Assembly: GCF_006345805.1 (NCBI RefSeq)
Contig: NW_021832857.1
Span: forward strand, 32,081-96,080
Direction of reading: 5' to 3'
Length of the DNA: 64,000 nt
From: Octopus sinensis
Taxonomy: Eukaryota
The translations under genes were made by a program, and so were the position numbers. The notes beneath the pieces are model-generated. The model saw only the letters and a program-made list of their open reading frames with translations. It did not search any database and was not told where the DNA came from. Below, piece after piece: positions 26,790 through 38,340 of the stretch; position 1 is the stretch's first letter, and the number at the start of each line of letters is the position of its first letter.

Positions 26790-27101
26790 TCACGTGACCG
26801 ACCAGACTATCAGTTGTTGTTACACATCGCTGGTCACAATGCGTTTGCATTGTTTTAGCCTTCAAATGACGCCACCCCACTGGCTAAGCGAGCAGGCCAA
26901 TAGAAGAAAGAGTGAAAGAAAGAGTACAGCAGTGGAGGCGCAATGGCCCAGTGGTTAGGGCAGCGGACTCGCGGTCGTAGGATCGCGGTTTCAATCCTCA
27001 GATCGGGCATTGTGAGTGTTTATTGAGCAAAAACACCTAAAAGCTCCACGAGGCTCTGGCAGGGGGCAGTGATCCCTGCTGTACTCTTTCATCACACTTT
27101 C
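26790..27101. mobile_element. tRNA-derived SINE family D with internal inversion
   Basis: Head on + from 26933 (A box tggcccagtgg); downstream part on - at 26790-26932; 15-bp overlap at the breakpoints. Confidence 0.65.
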
Positions 27102-27137
<36 letters not shown>

Positions 27138-28600
27138 ATATGTATTAGGCTGTTGTTCTTAAAGCCTTGGTGTCTCCAAAGCCCTTCCATGAATGCCATA
27201 TATTATTGATAGCTGTTAGCACAAGGAGTTCTATTCCCCGCACTAATTCTGATATAAAATAGCTTCAACACTTCCACCTCCTTGTAAATCTGGTGTCAGT
27301 GGGTAATATGGGTAGGGCTGGGAGTGTTTGGGGCCTCACTTAGTGGATGTGTTGGGTTGTAGAAGTGGGGCTACTTTGGTTCATGAAACGGGGGCATTTG
27401 TGCTGGTTTTACTTCAGTGGAAACTTGGAAGTAAAACGTTTGTTTTAATGTAATTTCATATATATACATACATAAATATATATGTATATATCCATCCATC
27501 TATCTATATATTTATATGTATGTATATACACATGTATGTATAAATGTCAAATGTGTTTTCAATTTTATTTTGCTATGAATTTTGTGATTTGATTCCAGCG
27601 TTAGTTCAAAGCTCTCTAGGTACACACACACTCACAAAGCAAATTCGAGAGGCAGGGTAGGAACCCTGTAGGTTATAGTCATTAACTGTTCCCTAATTAC
27701 TTGGTGTCCTTTATGAGTTATAAAGTAGGGATTGGGCAGTGTTCTGAAAGTGTCACTGGCATGAGGGGTTCAAGCTGTGGTCTCACACGTGAAGGACGAC
27801 ACATTAATGTTGTGGGCCAGGTTTGTTGAATCCCTTTTTGTCTGTGATGCTGACAGCAGCCTTGCACCTAATACCTCAGATGGCCTAGCTATAATACACA
27901 CACACACAATTCCATGTGGCCCTTTTTTGCTCCTATCTCGATATGCCAGTAATTGTAAGTAGAAAGGTGTTGGTGTTGGAAGGTTCACCTGTCCTTTATG
28001 TAATTAGGAAACCAGGCGAGAAATAAAAGATTAGTGGGGGATGAAGGTTATCTTTGACCAGTCAACATTGACTTGTCTCACTTGAAAGGTACCTCACCCC
28101 TCAATGCGACAACATTCAATGATCAGACGTATCAGAGTTCAGGTGATACTTTCCCTTTGTCCAGGGACGGCTATGATGGGATTTGAGCTCTTTTACACAA
28201 GGGTCACTTGTAAGGGACCACATGAAGAGAATGGTTCATTTCTAATTCAGTTTTGGGTAAAATGCAATGATTTTGCAGTCCTTACTGACTCGTTTACTCT
28301 CACTTTCTCTACTTCCTCAGTCTCCCCAAATCTTTCCCCTGTCTCATCAGGTCACATGACCTGTTACCATTGTGCCACAACAGGGTCCACTGACATTTAT
28401 GTAGGGTCTCTTTACAGAAAGGGACCCTTTTTTTGTCTACCACTTCAGCCATGTTTGTCATGTAGCTTTATTGTAGAGGGCAGCACCAGTCAGACATCCT
28501 GGCAACTTCACCACAATCAGTATTTGACACCAGGGTATTACTGGTACATGATGGAAACAAAACTGAGGAATGAATCAATAGCTAATCAACTGATCGAGAA

Positions 28601-28915
28601 GGCGTATGGCTTAGTGGTTAAGAGATTCAGCTAACAATCGTAAGGTTGTGAGTTCAATTCCAGGCAGCACACTGTGTTCTTGAGCAAGACACTTTACTTC
28701 ACCTTGTTCAAGTCCACTCAGTTGGCAAAAATGAGTTGTACCTGTAATTCACAAGGGTCAGCCTTGTCACATTCTCTGTCATGTTGAGTTTGCCTGAGAA
28801 CCACATTAATGGGACCTTGTCTGTGGGGTACTCAACCACTTGCATGTAAATTTCATGTGCAAGCTGTTCTGCTGATCGGATCAACTGGAACGCTGCTCAT
28901 TGTAACCAGCTGAGA
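28601..28915 (+). mobile_element. tRNA-derived SINE family C. Opposite-strand copy at about 11360-11632
   Basis: A box tggcttagtgg, B box gagttcaattcc; body gtccactcagttggcaaaaatgagttgtacc is found reverse-complemented at about 11510-11550. Confidence 0.75.
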
Positions 28916-29197
28916 GCCAAACCTGCCTGGCCTGCTAATCAACCGATCGGTTAATCTATATAACAGACTAGCTAATCAATCAATCAATCAGATAATCTAT
29001 AAAACAGATCAATGTTATAGATCAATAGTGAATGCAATAACTGGGAGTATCAAGTTCCATTGATTCACCTCTCACCCCTACCTACCCACTTACGACCCCC
29101 TCTTCGGGACCCATCTGTCCCCTCACACTAGATGTTCAGGTCAGGGTTGTAGGAGAGGTTTGTTGTTGTGTAACATGTTTCATTTCTTCTGCTTCAG

Positions 29198-29324
29198 TGA
29201 ACCTCACTCCAGATTTTATGCGGCTCAAATCGTGTTGGCGTTTGAGTATCTGCACTACTTGGATATCATTTACAGAGATTTAAAACCTGAGAATTTGCTT
29301 ATTGATTCATCTGGTTACTTGAAA
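29198..29324 (+). CDS. Pka-C1: PKA catalytic subunit exon 6a (catalytic loop), alternative copy 1
   Basis: gcttcag|T GAA ... TTG AAA|gtaagt; 127 nt, phase 2/0; (S)[42 protein letters not shown]. Confidence 0.97.
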
Positions 29325-29669
29325 GTAAGTAAAGCCAGCAGTTGTTGGCAGACTTGAAAGTCTTTTGTAGAACAAGATGATGAAGAGGAGGAGAAAGAAG
29401 AAGAAGAAGAAGAAGAAGGAAAAACAGAAATGATGTCGATTGATTTCTTTCTCAGAATTGTTTTAAACCATAAGAAACAGCAGCCCCCTGAAGTCTTGCT
29501 CTTCCCCATCGATCCCTTCCCTTTCAATATTGAACTTCTTTCCCATTACCCACCTTTATCGTTTCATTTCATTCCCCAGTAATTCATATGTCTCCTCTCC
29601 TGACCCCTTCTTTTCTACCACTGTAAATTAAATCCCACCACTTCCACTCGTCAGTTATTATTTGGTCAT

Positions 29670-29705
<36 letters not shown>

Positions 29706-29780
29706 CTGCAAGGGTCATCACAGACAACTCAAGTTTGGTCAACAATCGAAGACTGGGGATTGCTTGAGCTATAACTGTGT

Positions 29781-30000
29781 TGTATCAGCGATTAGCTATA
29801 ATACATCCATGGATTTGGTGTGGATCAGGGATCAACTATAATACATCTCTTCATCTAATGTGCATTAGGGATTCACTATAATACATCTGTGGATCTGTTG
29901 TGGATCAGGGATCGACTATGACACATCTGTTGATCTGTTGTGGATCAGGGATCAACTATGACACATCTGTTGATCTGTTGTGGATCAGGGATCAGCTACA
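29781..30000. repeat. 40-bp GATC-rich minisatellite, about 5.5 copies, between exons 6a and 6b
   Basis: Unit tggatcagggatc(g/a)actatgacacatctgttgatctgttg in exact 40-nt register; the 3' copies are most homogeneous. Confidence 0.92.
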
Positions 30001-30312
30001 GTCCAGTTCTTTTCCCATTCAGTTTAATCCTGAGATACGCTCCTTTCCAACCCTTAAAATACTTTATGTAATATTTTCTGAAATGAATTAATCCAAGATT
30101 ATCCTAATCCTGTGTTTAGATCAATTCTGAGAAATGATGATGCCTGCATCATTTTATTTTCTTCTTTTTATTTAATCTTTATTATTTGTTTTTTTCTTTT
30201 TCACAGCTGTTCAACCTTGTGTGACCGAATGTGACTTTGCTGTTGCCTGGTCTTTTTGTTGTTTGTCTCTATCATCGTAACCCTTTTGCCCTTTTGCCCT
30301 TTTTCTCTACAG

Positions 30313-30439
30313 TGAGCTGCATTCCCGATTCTATGCCGCACAAATCGTGTTGGTGTTGGAATATTTACATCACTTGGATATAATGTATCGCGACCTCAAA
30401 CCTGAGAACTTGCTCATAGACTATCTGGGTTATTTGAAG
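30313..30439 (+). CDS. Pka-C1: PKA catalytic subunit exon 6b (catalytic loop), alternative copy 2
   Basis: ttctctacag|T GAG ... TTG AAG|gtattg; 127 nt, phase 2/0; (S)[42 protein letters not shown]. Open frame with many synonymous differences from 6a. Confidence 0.95.
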
Positions 30440-30882
30440 GTATTGTACCTCACCTCGCTCTCATCTTGTCATGGGGATGCTTCTAGGACACCCGCCACAG
30501 CGCCCACCACCCAAGAAAAAAAGTCAGTAGCAGCAGCTACTATCTCTCTATCTATCTATATATACACATATGTGTGTATATACATACATACTTACATACA
30601 TGCATATATATATATATATATGTATGTATGTATGTATAATGTATTTCTACATACATTCATGTGTGTGTATATAGCCTGCATCTCTGCAATACACCCGCAC
30701 AAAATGGTGGGATTTTTGCATTTCATGCTTTCACATCGTTGCCATGGTGATGGGGCTCCAACATTCAATTAGCAAATTGAATCTCTTTTCCTTCTTTTTT
30801 TTTCTCCATTTTATATATTTTTTCCCCCTTTTTTAATTACATCTGTTCATCTCTCATACATATATATATATATATATAATAT

Positions 30883-30954
<72 letters not shown>

Positions 30955-31167
30955 GTGTGCCTCTCCATGTTACCCTTTTTAAAATCTTTAAACATTCCAT
31001 TCTTTGTCTCCCCCACTCCTAAACCAGTCAATCTTCACGGAACAGTTCTTCCCCACCCCCAGTTCATTTCACGCTTCTCTGCATCGCTGAACTCACATGC
31101 ATACTATACACACATCACGCATTATATAATGTGTGTCTGTGTGTATATATTTACGTGTATGTGTGTG

Positions 31168-31210
<43 letters not shown>

Positions 31211-33349
31211 TCCACACTAAATAATTCTTTTTGCTACGATTTCATGTTTTTTCTTTTTCTTTTTAACATATGTGGGTTTTTTCTCAGGTTTCTTTCTCTC
31301 TCTCTCACTCTCTCTTTCTCTGGTGTTGTTTTTTCCTAACCCCTAAATTGGTCCTTAAACTGTTCATAATTTGTCGTCTTCTTTTCCATATGTTAACAGC
31401 TTTTTCATGTGTGAACCTTCTCTCTCTCTCTCTCTCTCCTCATACACATACTTTGACTTTATATACACCCACCACCACCATCACACACAGCTCCTGGCGT
31501 TGTTGTTGTCGTCGTCAAGGTTTTCTGATCCCTTTTTTTTTTTTTTTTCCAACTGCAAACCCTCCTGTGTACCAAGTCATGAGCTGGGTTCAATTCCTTT
31601 GAGTGTATCCACCAACTGTTGTTATTATCTTTATTAAGCTGATGAACTGGCAGAATCGTTAGCGTGCTAGACAAAATGCTTAGCGCTATTTTGCCTTTCA
31701 CTACGTTCTGAGTTCAAATTGCACCAACGTCAACTTAACCTTTCATCCTTTTGGACTCGATAAAATAAATACTAGTTGTAGACTGGAGTTGAGTTGATGT
31801 CATCGACAAGTCCCCTTCCCTAAAATGGCTGCCCTTGCGGCAAGATTTTAAACCATTATTATTATTATTAAGGCAGTGAACTGCTTGAATAATTAACATG
31901 TCAGATAAAATGCCTTGTGGTATTTTGTCCAGCTTTTTTACATTCTGAGCTCAAATCCTGTTATGGTAAACTTTGCTTTCCATCCTTTCAGGGTCAGTAG
32001 AATGAGTACCAGTTAAGTAGTGGAGTCGATGTGATCAACTTACCTCCTCCCCTTGTGCCAAAATTTAAAGCCATTGTTATTATTATGAATTTTTCTTCTT
32101 CGTTCAGTTTTGTTTCCCTTTCTTGCTGAGTGTCTTCCCAACACCTAGGGCAAAGAACCTTTTCGTAGGCATTTGTAGGCCATTGAAATAAACTCACCAG
32201 ATTGTTCATTTACAAAATCAAATAAGATTATGTAGAAAAAAATTGTTTCCATGGAAGGTAATCGTTCTCACAGCAACAATACTCTTAATACATGTTAACC
32301 CTCAAATAAAACCTTCATCGGACAGGTCAATTCCATCAGTGTTGTCTGTTTTGTGTTGAGGTCAGCTTTCACCATTCCACGTCTTCCTTACACTCCTTTT
32401 TCCACATCTTCCATCCACTCCACAGCACTTCTTTATATAAAACTTGACATTTTTCCATGTGGATCACAACATGTCTGTATCAGCTCAGTTGTCTCTCTCT
32501 CTCTCTCTCTATCCCTCCCTCTCTCTCTCTCTCTATCCCTCTCTCTCTCTCTCTCTCTCTCACTCTCTCTCTCTTTTGCACATTTCATCTGATTCCTCTT
32601 CTGCTCAGTTTTTCTCTCCCATCTCCTCTCTACTTCATTGTTCATTCACATCGACATTACACATCCAGTGAAGCATGTGCTCGCTTCATTTTCGTTTTTT
32701 TCCCAGCCTCCACATGTCCCCTGCATTCAGTTTGCTCCCATGCAGAATCGCACATCATACACAAACCTTGTACAATCTGCCCCTGCACCTTAAATTCTTT
32801 CTGTTGCCGACAGAGGGGAACTTTTTACAGTTTCTTCTTACTTTGGCTGCTGTGATTTTGCAGAAACATCTTCCACTGCTAATTAGGTTACCTAGGCAAC
32901 AGAAACTATCAACTATGTTTATAGAGCTTTCTGAGTATTTGAAAGAATATGTACATACGTGTGTGTGTGTATGTGTGTGTGTCATTATTCAGTTTTATTT
33001 CAAGATTTCTTGCCATTAGAGAAAGAGCTAGTTTCTAACCTAGATCCAAGGCTTATATGTATGTGTGTGTGTGTGGTGGGTGGGCATCACACAAATGCCC
33101 ACCCACCATATCAGACAAAAGGCTATGTGATTTTTAGCTAACTCCCTTAATTTAAATCTTACTCACTTCACTCCTTGTTGTGAATCAGTGTAGTTGATTA
33201 AAGACTACTCCAGCAAGGCCACAGTCAGTAATAGAACAAAAGGTTTAACAAAATGTCCCTGGTTTAACCAATCGAGACTTCAAACTGAATTGACAAGGTG
33301 TTGCCCCAGCCTGGCTGAGGCCTGTTGGGAGTTCAAAGTGATGGAAGGC

Positions 33350-33930
33350 TAAATCTCTGGTTTCTAATTATGTATCTCATTAGTGAAGTACCTGTCTTAT
33401 TACTAAACTGTAACTCGTTAGTCATGTAGTGTTCTTTAGTAAGTTAGTTGTCTCATTTCTAAACTGCTTTGTTACTAAACTGTGTCATGTTTGTCATCCA
33501 ACTGTCTCGTTAGTAAACTGTAGCTCATTAGTCAACTGTGACTTGTTAACTAAAGTGTGTCTCGTTAGTAAACTGTAGTTCATTAGTCAATTAAGTGTGA
33601 CTTGTTTACTAAAGTGTGTCTCGTTAGTAAACTGTAGCTCATTAGTCAACTGTGACTTGTTAACTAAAGTGTGTCTCGTTAGTAAACTGTAGTTCATTAG
33701 TCAATTAAGTATGACTTGTTTACTAAAGTGTTTCTCATTAGTAAACAAGGTTTCATTAGTGAACCAGCTTACCTCGTGACAAAACCATCTCATTAGTAAA
33801 CAGTATCTCGTTAGTAAACAAGCTGTCTTTCATAAGTGAACTAGTTTGTCTCATTACTAATCTAGCTGAACCTCGTTACTAAGATGATCTCAATTGTTAA
33901 TAATTTAACTGTGCCTCGTTAATGAACTAA
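33350..33930. repeat. Hierarchical minisatellite (about 18-bp monomers, 55/59-bp units, 114-bp dimer)
   Basis: Units A 33504-33558, B 33559-33617, A 33618-33672, B 33673-33731, with degenerate monomers on both sides. Confidence 0.9.
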
Positions 33931-34313
33931 CTCTGTCATAATCACATCACCAGTCCCGTCCTCAACGATTGTTGCTGCTTCATTAATTAGCTTGTCACAT
34001 TCTTTTGCAACTTCCCTTATTATTAGTGGTTGTTAATAAACAATGCTAATACCATTGCTGATGGCTGTTGTTGTTGTTGTTGTTGTACGCTTTGTGTAGT
34101 GGCCTTCATTCCCCTCCCATCCACTCTGCCACTGCATCACATCCTCCCCCATTCTACTTGCGTTCAGTGCTTTAACATCTCCAAAGCTTTATTATTAATA
34201 TTATTATCATTATTATTATTATTATTCATTTGTTTGTTTATATATTTTTTTGAATGCTGATCATTATTTCTTGTTTCTGATGTTTCTTTGGATGATTAAC
34301 CTGCTGTTTAATC

Positions 34314-34369
<56 letters not shown>

Positions 34370-34477
34370 CTCACGTACACACACACTCTTGACTTAAATG
34401 TTTTAACCATTAAATTTAATCAGCAAAACTGCTGGTATTCCACTGGGCCAGGTTATGTAGGTTGGCTCAATGTTATA

Positions 34478-35400
34478 TAATAATAATAATAATAATGAAA
34501 TTATTGTGTACAGTGCTCAGGTGCACCGCAACTCGTCAAAGGTGCATGTACAGTACATAGAATTATGTATAAAAGTCAGGGAAGTGAACAGTATGTGAGT
34601 CATGATATACATGTGTGCATGCGTATGGAGTGGTGGGGATATCAGATTTTGTGTTGGTGAATTTCAGGAAAGATGGAGGATTTAAAGGATGCAATGTCTC
34701 GGCAACTAACAACTGATGCAGGTAGTTTGTTCCATGCTTCAGCGACTCTGAGTGTGAAGAAATGTTTCCGAAAGTCATGGGAGCTGTGCTGTTTTCTGAC
34801 TTTGTAGGCATGGTCACAGGTGTGTTAGACACATAGAGCTTTAAAAAAGGTGCTCAAGGTGGTTGATGGCACAATGGTTAATAATTCTGTGGATGTTTAC
34901 CAAGTCAGTTGCCAGACATCAGCGGTTCAATGTATTTATGCTCAGGGAAGCAAGGCGTTTAGAGTATGGTAGATGCCTGATGGAGGGTATTCGCTTGGTT
35001 GCATGTCTCTGAACAGTTTCCTGGAGGTCAATGTCCTGAGCAAGATAGGGATTTCAGACTGGTGATGTAAATTCCAAGAATGGCCGCACCATAACCATAT
35101 ACAGTCTTAAATAGATGCTGCAGAGCAGCTGACGAATCACTGCTGACCATAATACCCAGGTAACATTCACAAGAAGACTTTGTGATATTAGTTTTGTGGA
35201 CAGAGCATGTGGACACTGGGTTTTTCCTCCAAAAATGCATGGTGGTACACTTGTCCGCGGCCAGCTTGAGCTTCCAGTCCGTGGTCCATTGTTGCATTGT
35301 GTCCAGGTCCAATTGCAGGAAAGATCTAGTGTTCAGGATTTGTCCTTTTTATCTCAAGGTACAGCTTAATGTCATCTGTATATTTCATCACTGTGGCATT
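34478..35400 (-). mobile_element. CR1/L2-like LINE 3' fragment
   Basis: ORF 35028..35312 (DLDTMQQWTTDWKLKLAADKCTTMH...YLGIMVSSD), degenerate YADD (YTDD at 35371-35382), and (TAA)n at 34478 as the 3' tail. Confidence 0.75.
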
Positions 35401-35855
35401 CTCTAAGTTGGCATCTATATATCATTTATGTATGCATCAAACAAAAGGGGACCAAGAACACATCCTTGCAGTACACCAGATGACGGGAACTGTTTGCTTT
35501 CCTTACACACCTCACAAAATTCTGTGGGTTGTGCAAATCCACAACCAGCATAATCTGACAAAGAGTCAGCATATCATCTTTCCATAGGTTGAATAGAATA
35601 AATACCAGTCATACACTTGGGTAGATTTAATTGACAACAGAGATTATGCTCATTCCTACCCCTCCTCAACCTCACCCTGCTAAAAGATTGAAGTAACGGG
35701 TCCAGATTTTAAATCATGTCACAACAATCTATTTTGTAAGTTTTGAGTTTTTGTGGTTGTGGGACAGATGGAGGTACAGGATGCTTCCCCACCACCAAGT
35801 CACCATCAGCTTTTGTATATATATGTAAGTTAATGATATTACACATATATATATA

Positions 35856-36018
35856 GGTGCAGGCGTAGCTGTGTGGTAAGAAGCTTGCTTCCCAACCACA
35901 TGGTTCCATGTTCAGTCTCACTGTGTGGCGTTATGGGCAAGGGTCTTCTACTATTGCCTTGGGCTGATCAAAGTCTTGTGAGTGGATTTGGTAGACGGAA
36001 AGCTAAGAGAAGCCCATC

Positions 36019-36082
<64 letters not shown>

Positions 36083-36340
36083 GTATGTATGTATGTATGT
36101 ATATATATGTGTGTGTGTATATGTATCTGTGTTTGTCCTCCCCCATCACCGCTTGACAACCAGTGTTGATGTGTTTATGTCCCTGTAATTTAGTGGTTTG
36201 GCAAAAAGCAACTGATAGAATAAGTACCAGGCTTTAAAAAAAGAAATAAGTCCTGGGGTTGATTCATTTGACTAAAACCTTTCAAGGTGGTGCTCCAGCA
36301 TGGCCACAGTCAAATAACAAGTAAAAGAATAAAAAGAATA
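35856..36340 (+). mobile_element. SINE family A, full length with expanded internal microsatellite
   Basis: Same head and 3' end (ctccagcatggcc..cagtca...aagtaaaagaata) as the 3552-3943 copy. Confidence 0.85.
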
Positions 36341-37035
36341 TAGGTTGATGATGATGATGATGATGATGATATATATGTACAGATTGTTTGAAGTGGTGAA
36401 CAGATTTTATAGATGAAGAAAAAGGAGGTGGTTAGCATTTGGATAAAAACTGTTTCTTGGCCCTTTTATTCCGTTTTCGGATGATTTCTTTCCACATATA
36501 TATGGGAGGAAGTTGAAAGAAAAAAATCTGGAGTTGGATTTGTTTTCCTGAATTTTGGAAACAGGATGTTTTGGGAGAGGTTGAGATGGTGCTTTGTTAT
36601 TTTGATTCTGTAAATATGTGTGTCTGAATTTTTAAACTGACAAGATACACACACACACACGGATTCAAAATAACAAAGGACATCTCAACCATTCCCAAAA
36701 CATCCTCTTTCCAAAACCCAGAAAAGAAATCCAACTCCAAATTTTTTCTTACAACTCACTCATAGAAAAGCTATGGATTTTCTATAAGAAATCATTCATG
36801 TGTCCCTGAAAGGGACAAAAGTGTTAAATAAATAGATTTTATCCAAATCCTGACTATATTCTTTATATATATATAGTCCACTGTGCTAGGTGGTTGGTGT
36901 TAGGAAGGGCATCCAGCTGTCAAAATCTTGCCAAAACAATCACAGACGTCTGGTGCCGCCTTCTGTCTGGCTGGCTGGCTCCTGTCAAAACGTACCACCC
37001 ATGTCAGCATGGAAAGTGGACACTAAACGATGATG

Positions 37036-37079
<44 letters not shown>

Positions 37080-37096
37080 TAGATAGATAGATAGGT

Positions 37097-37135
<39 letters not shown>

Positions 37136-37137
<2 letters not shown>

Positions 37138-37600
37138 GGGTTTAGACAAATAATGTAAATGTCTTGTTGGACAGAAGTTTTATTATTTAATGCAGAGTTG
37201 GTCCATCTTTGGCATCAATCGTAGACTTCACACGTTGAGAAATTAACAATTGTTGATGGTATTTTAAGCCTTTCTCTCTGCTTTAAATCTTTCAGTGACA
37301 ATGGTATAGGGAAGTGGCTCTGAAATGCACCATAAATGTTTGTTTATATCAAGATCTGGTCTTAAATATTTTTACTGTTCCTCTTACAAACTGTATCATT
37401 AAAGTGAGCGTCAACTTCTCTCTTTCTTTGCCTGAAAATCTTAACTTCTTCAAATTGTTAGTTAAAACTGTAATTAGCAAACTGAAGTGCATGATAGTTA
37501 CGAGTGTAAATGTGAATTTATAATCAGGGAAGAGGAGTCGAGGTTACGAAACAGTTGCCCAAAAACATTTCAATATTCTGTTTCCGACTCTGTGTATGTG
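37136..37600 (-). mobile_element. Tc1/mariner-like remnant
   Basis: Terminus cagggtttagacaaataat. Minus strand reads QRVKSTIDAKDGPTLH*, like a Tc1 C-terminus. Other end not identified. Confidence 0.4.
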
Positions 37601-38060
37601 TTTAATGTTCAGTTTTCCCTACTTGCCTGCATCAGACAGGATTCTTTGAGACAGACTTTTTAGGGCCAGATGCCCTTCCTGTTTACAAAGTAAAGTAATA
37701 TTACCCCCATGGCCTAACAAGTTCCCAGGGAAGACTGGAAACCATGGAAACCATTTGAATGATAGAAATGCTTCTTCACAACAATCGTGATGTCAAGAAA
37801 AGGACACACACACACACACATAAGTGCAGGTGTGGTTGTGTAGTAAGAAGTTTACTTCCCAACCACATGGTTCCGGGTTCAGTCACACTGGGTGGCGTCT
37901 TGGTGTCTTCTATTATAGCCTTGGACCAACCAAAACATTGTGAGTGGATTTGGTAGACAGAAACTGAAAGAAACCCATTCTGTGTATGTGTGTGTTATCA
38001 TCATCATCATTTAATGTCCATTTTTCATGCTGGCATGGGTTGTATGGTTTGACATGGCCC

Positions 38061-38340
38061 TGGAGGCACATGGCCTAGTGGTTAGAGCAACAGACTCGAA
38101 TCTCAAATCGGACGATGTGTGTGTTTATGAGCGAAACACCTAAGCTCCACGCGACTCCGGCAGAAGGTAATGGCAAACTTCTGCTGACTCTTTTGCCACA
38201 ACTTTCTCTCACTCTTTCCTCCAGCATCTTGCAGCTCACCTGCGACGGACTGGCGTCCCGTGCAGGTGGGGAACCTATACGCCAAGGAAACTGGGAAACC
38301 AGCCCTTATGAGCCAGGCGTGGCTTGAGAAGGAACAAACA
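38061..38340 (+). mobile_element. SINE family D-related copy nested inside an RTE 3' fragment
   Basis: Head tggaggcacatggcctagtggttagagc matches 26933; RTE sequence stops at about 38054 and resumes at about 38357. Confidence 0.7.

Noticed and set aside
26933-27015. tRNA-like sequences with A/B boxes (also 28601-28665, 35862-35930, 38061-38110)
   Set aside because: No complete cloverleaf, and each continues into a multi-copy SINE body. They are SINE heads, not tRNA genes.
28104-28634. 176-aa non-repetitive ORF in intron 5 (also 7384..7944 on the minus strand, 186 aa)
   Set aside because: No recognisable domain or splice structure; the first ends inside a SINE head. Lengths are compatible with chance.
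29781-30000. Regularly spaced direct repeats (also 33504-33731) superficially like a CRISPR array
   Set aside because: No unique spacers, eukaryotic intron context and no cas genes; ordinary minisatellites.
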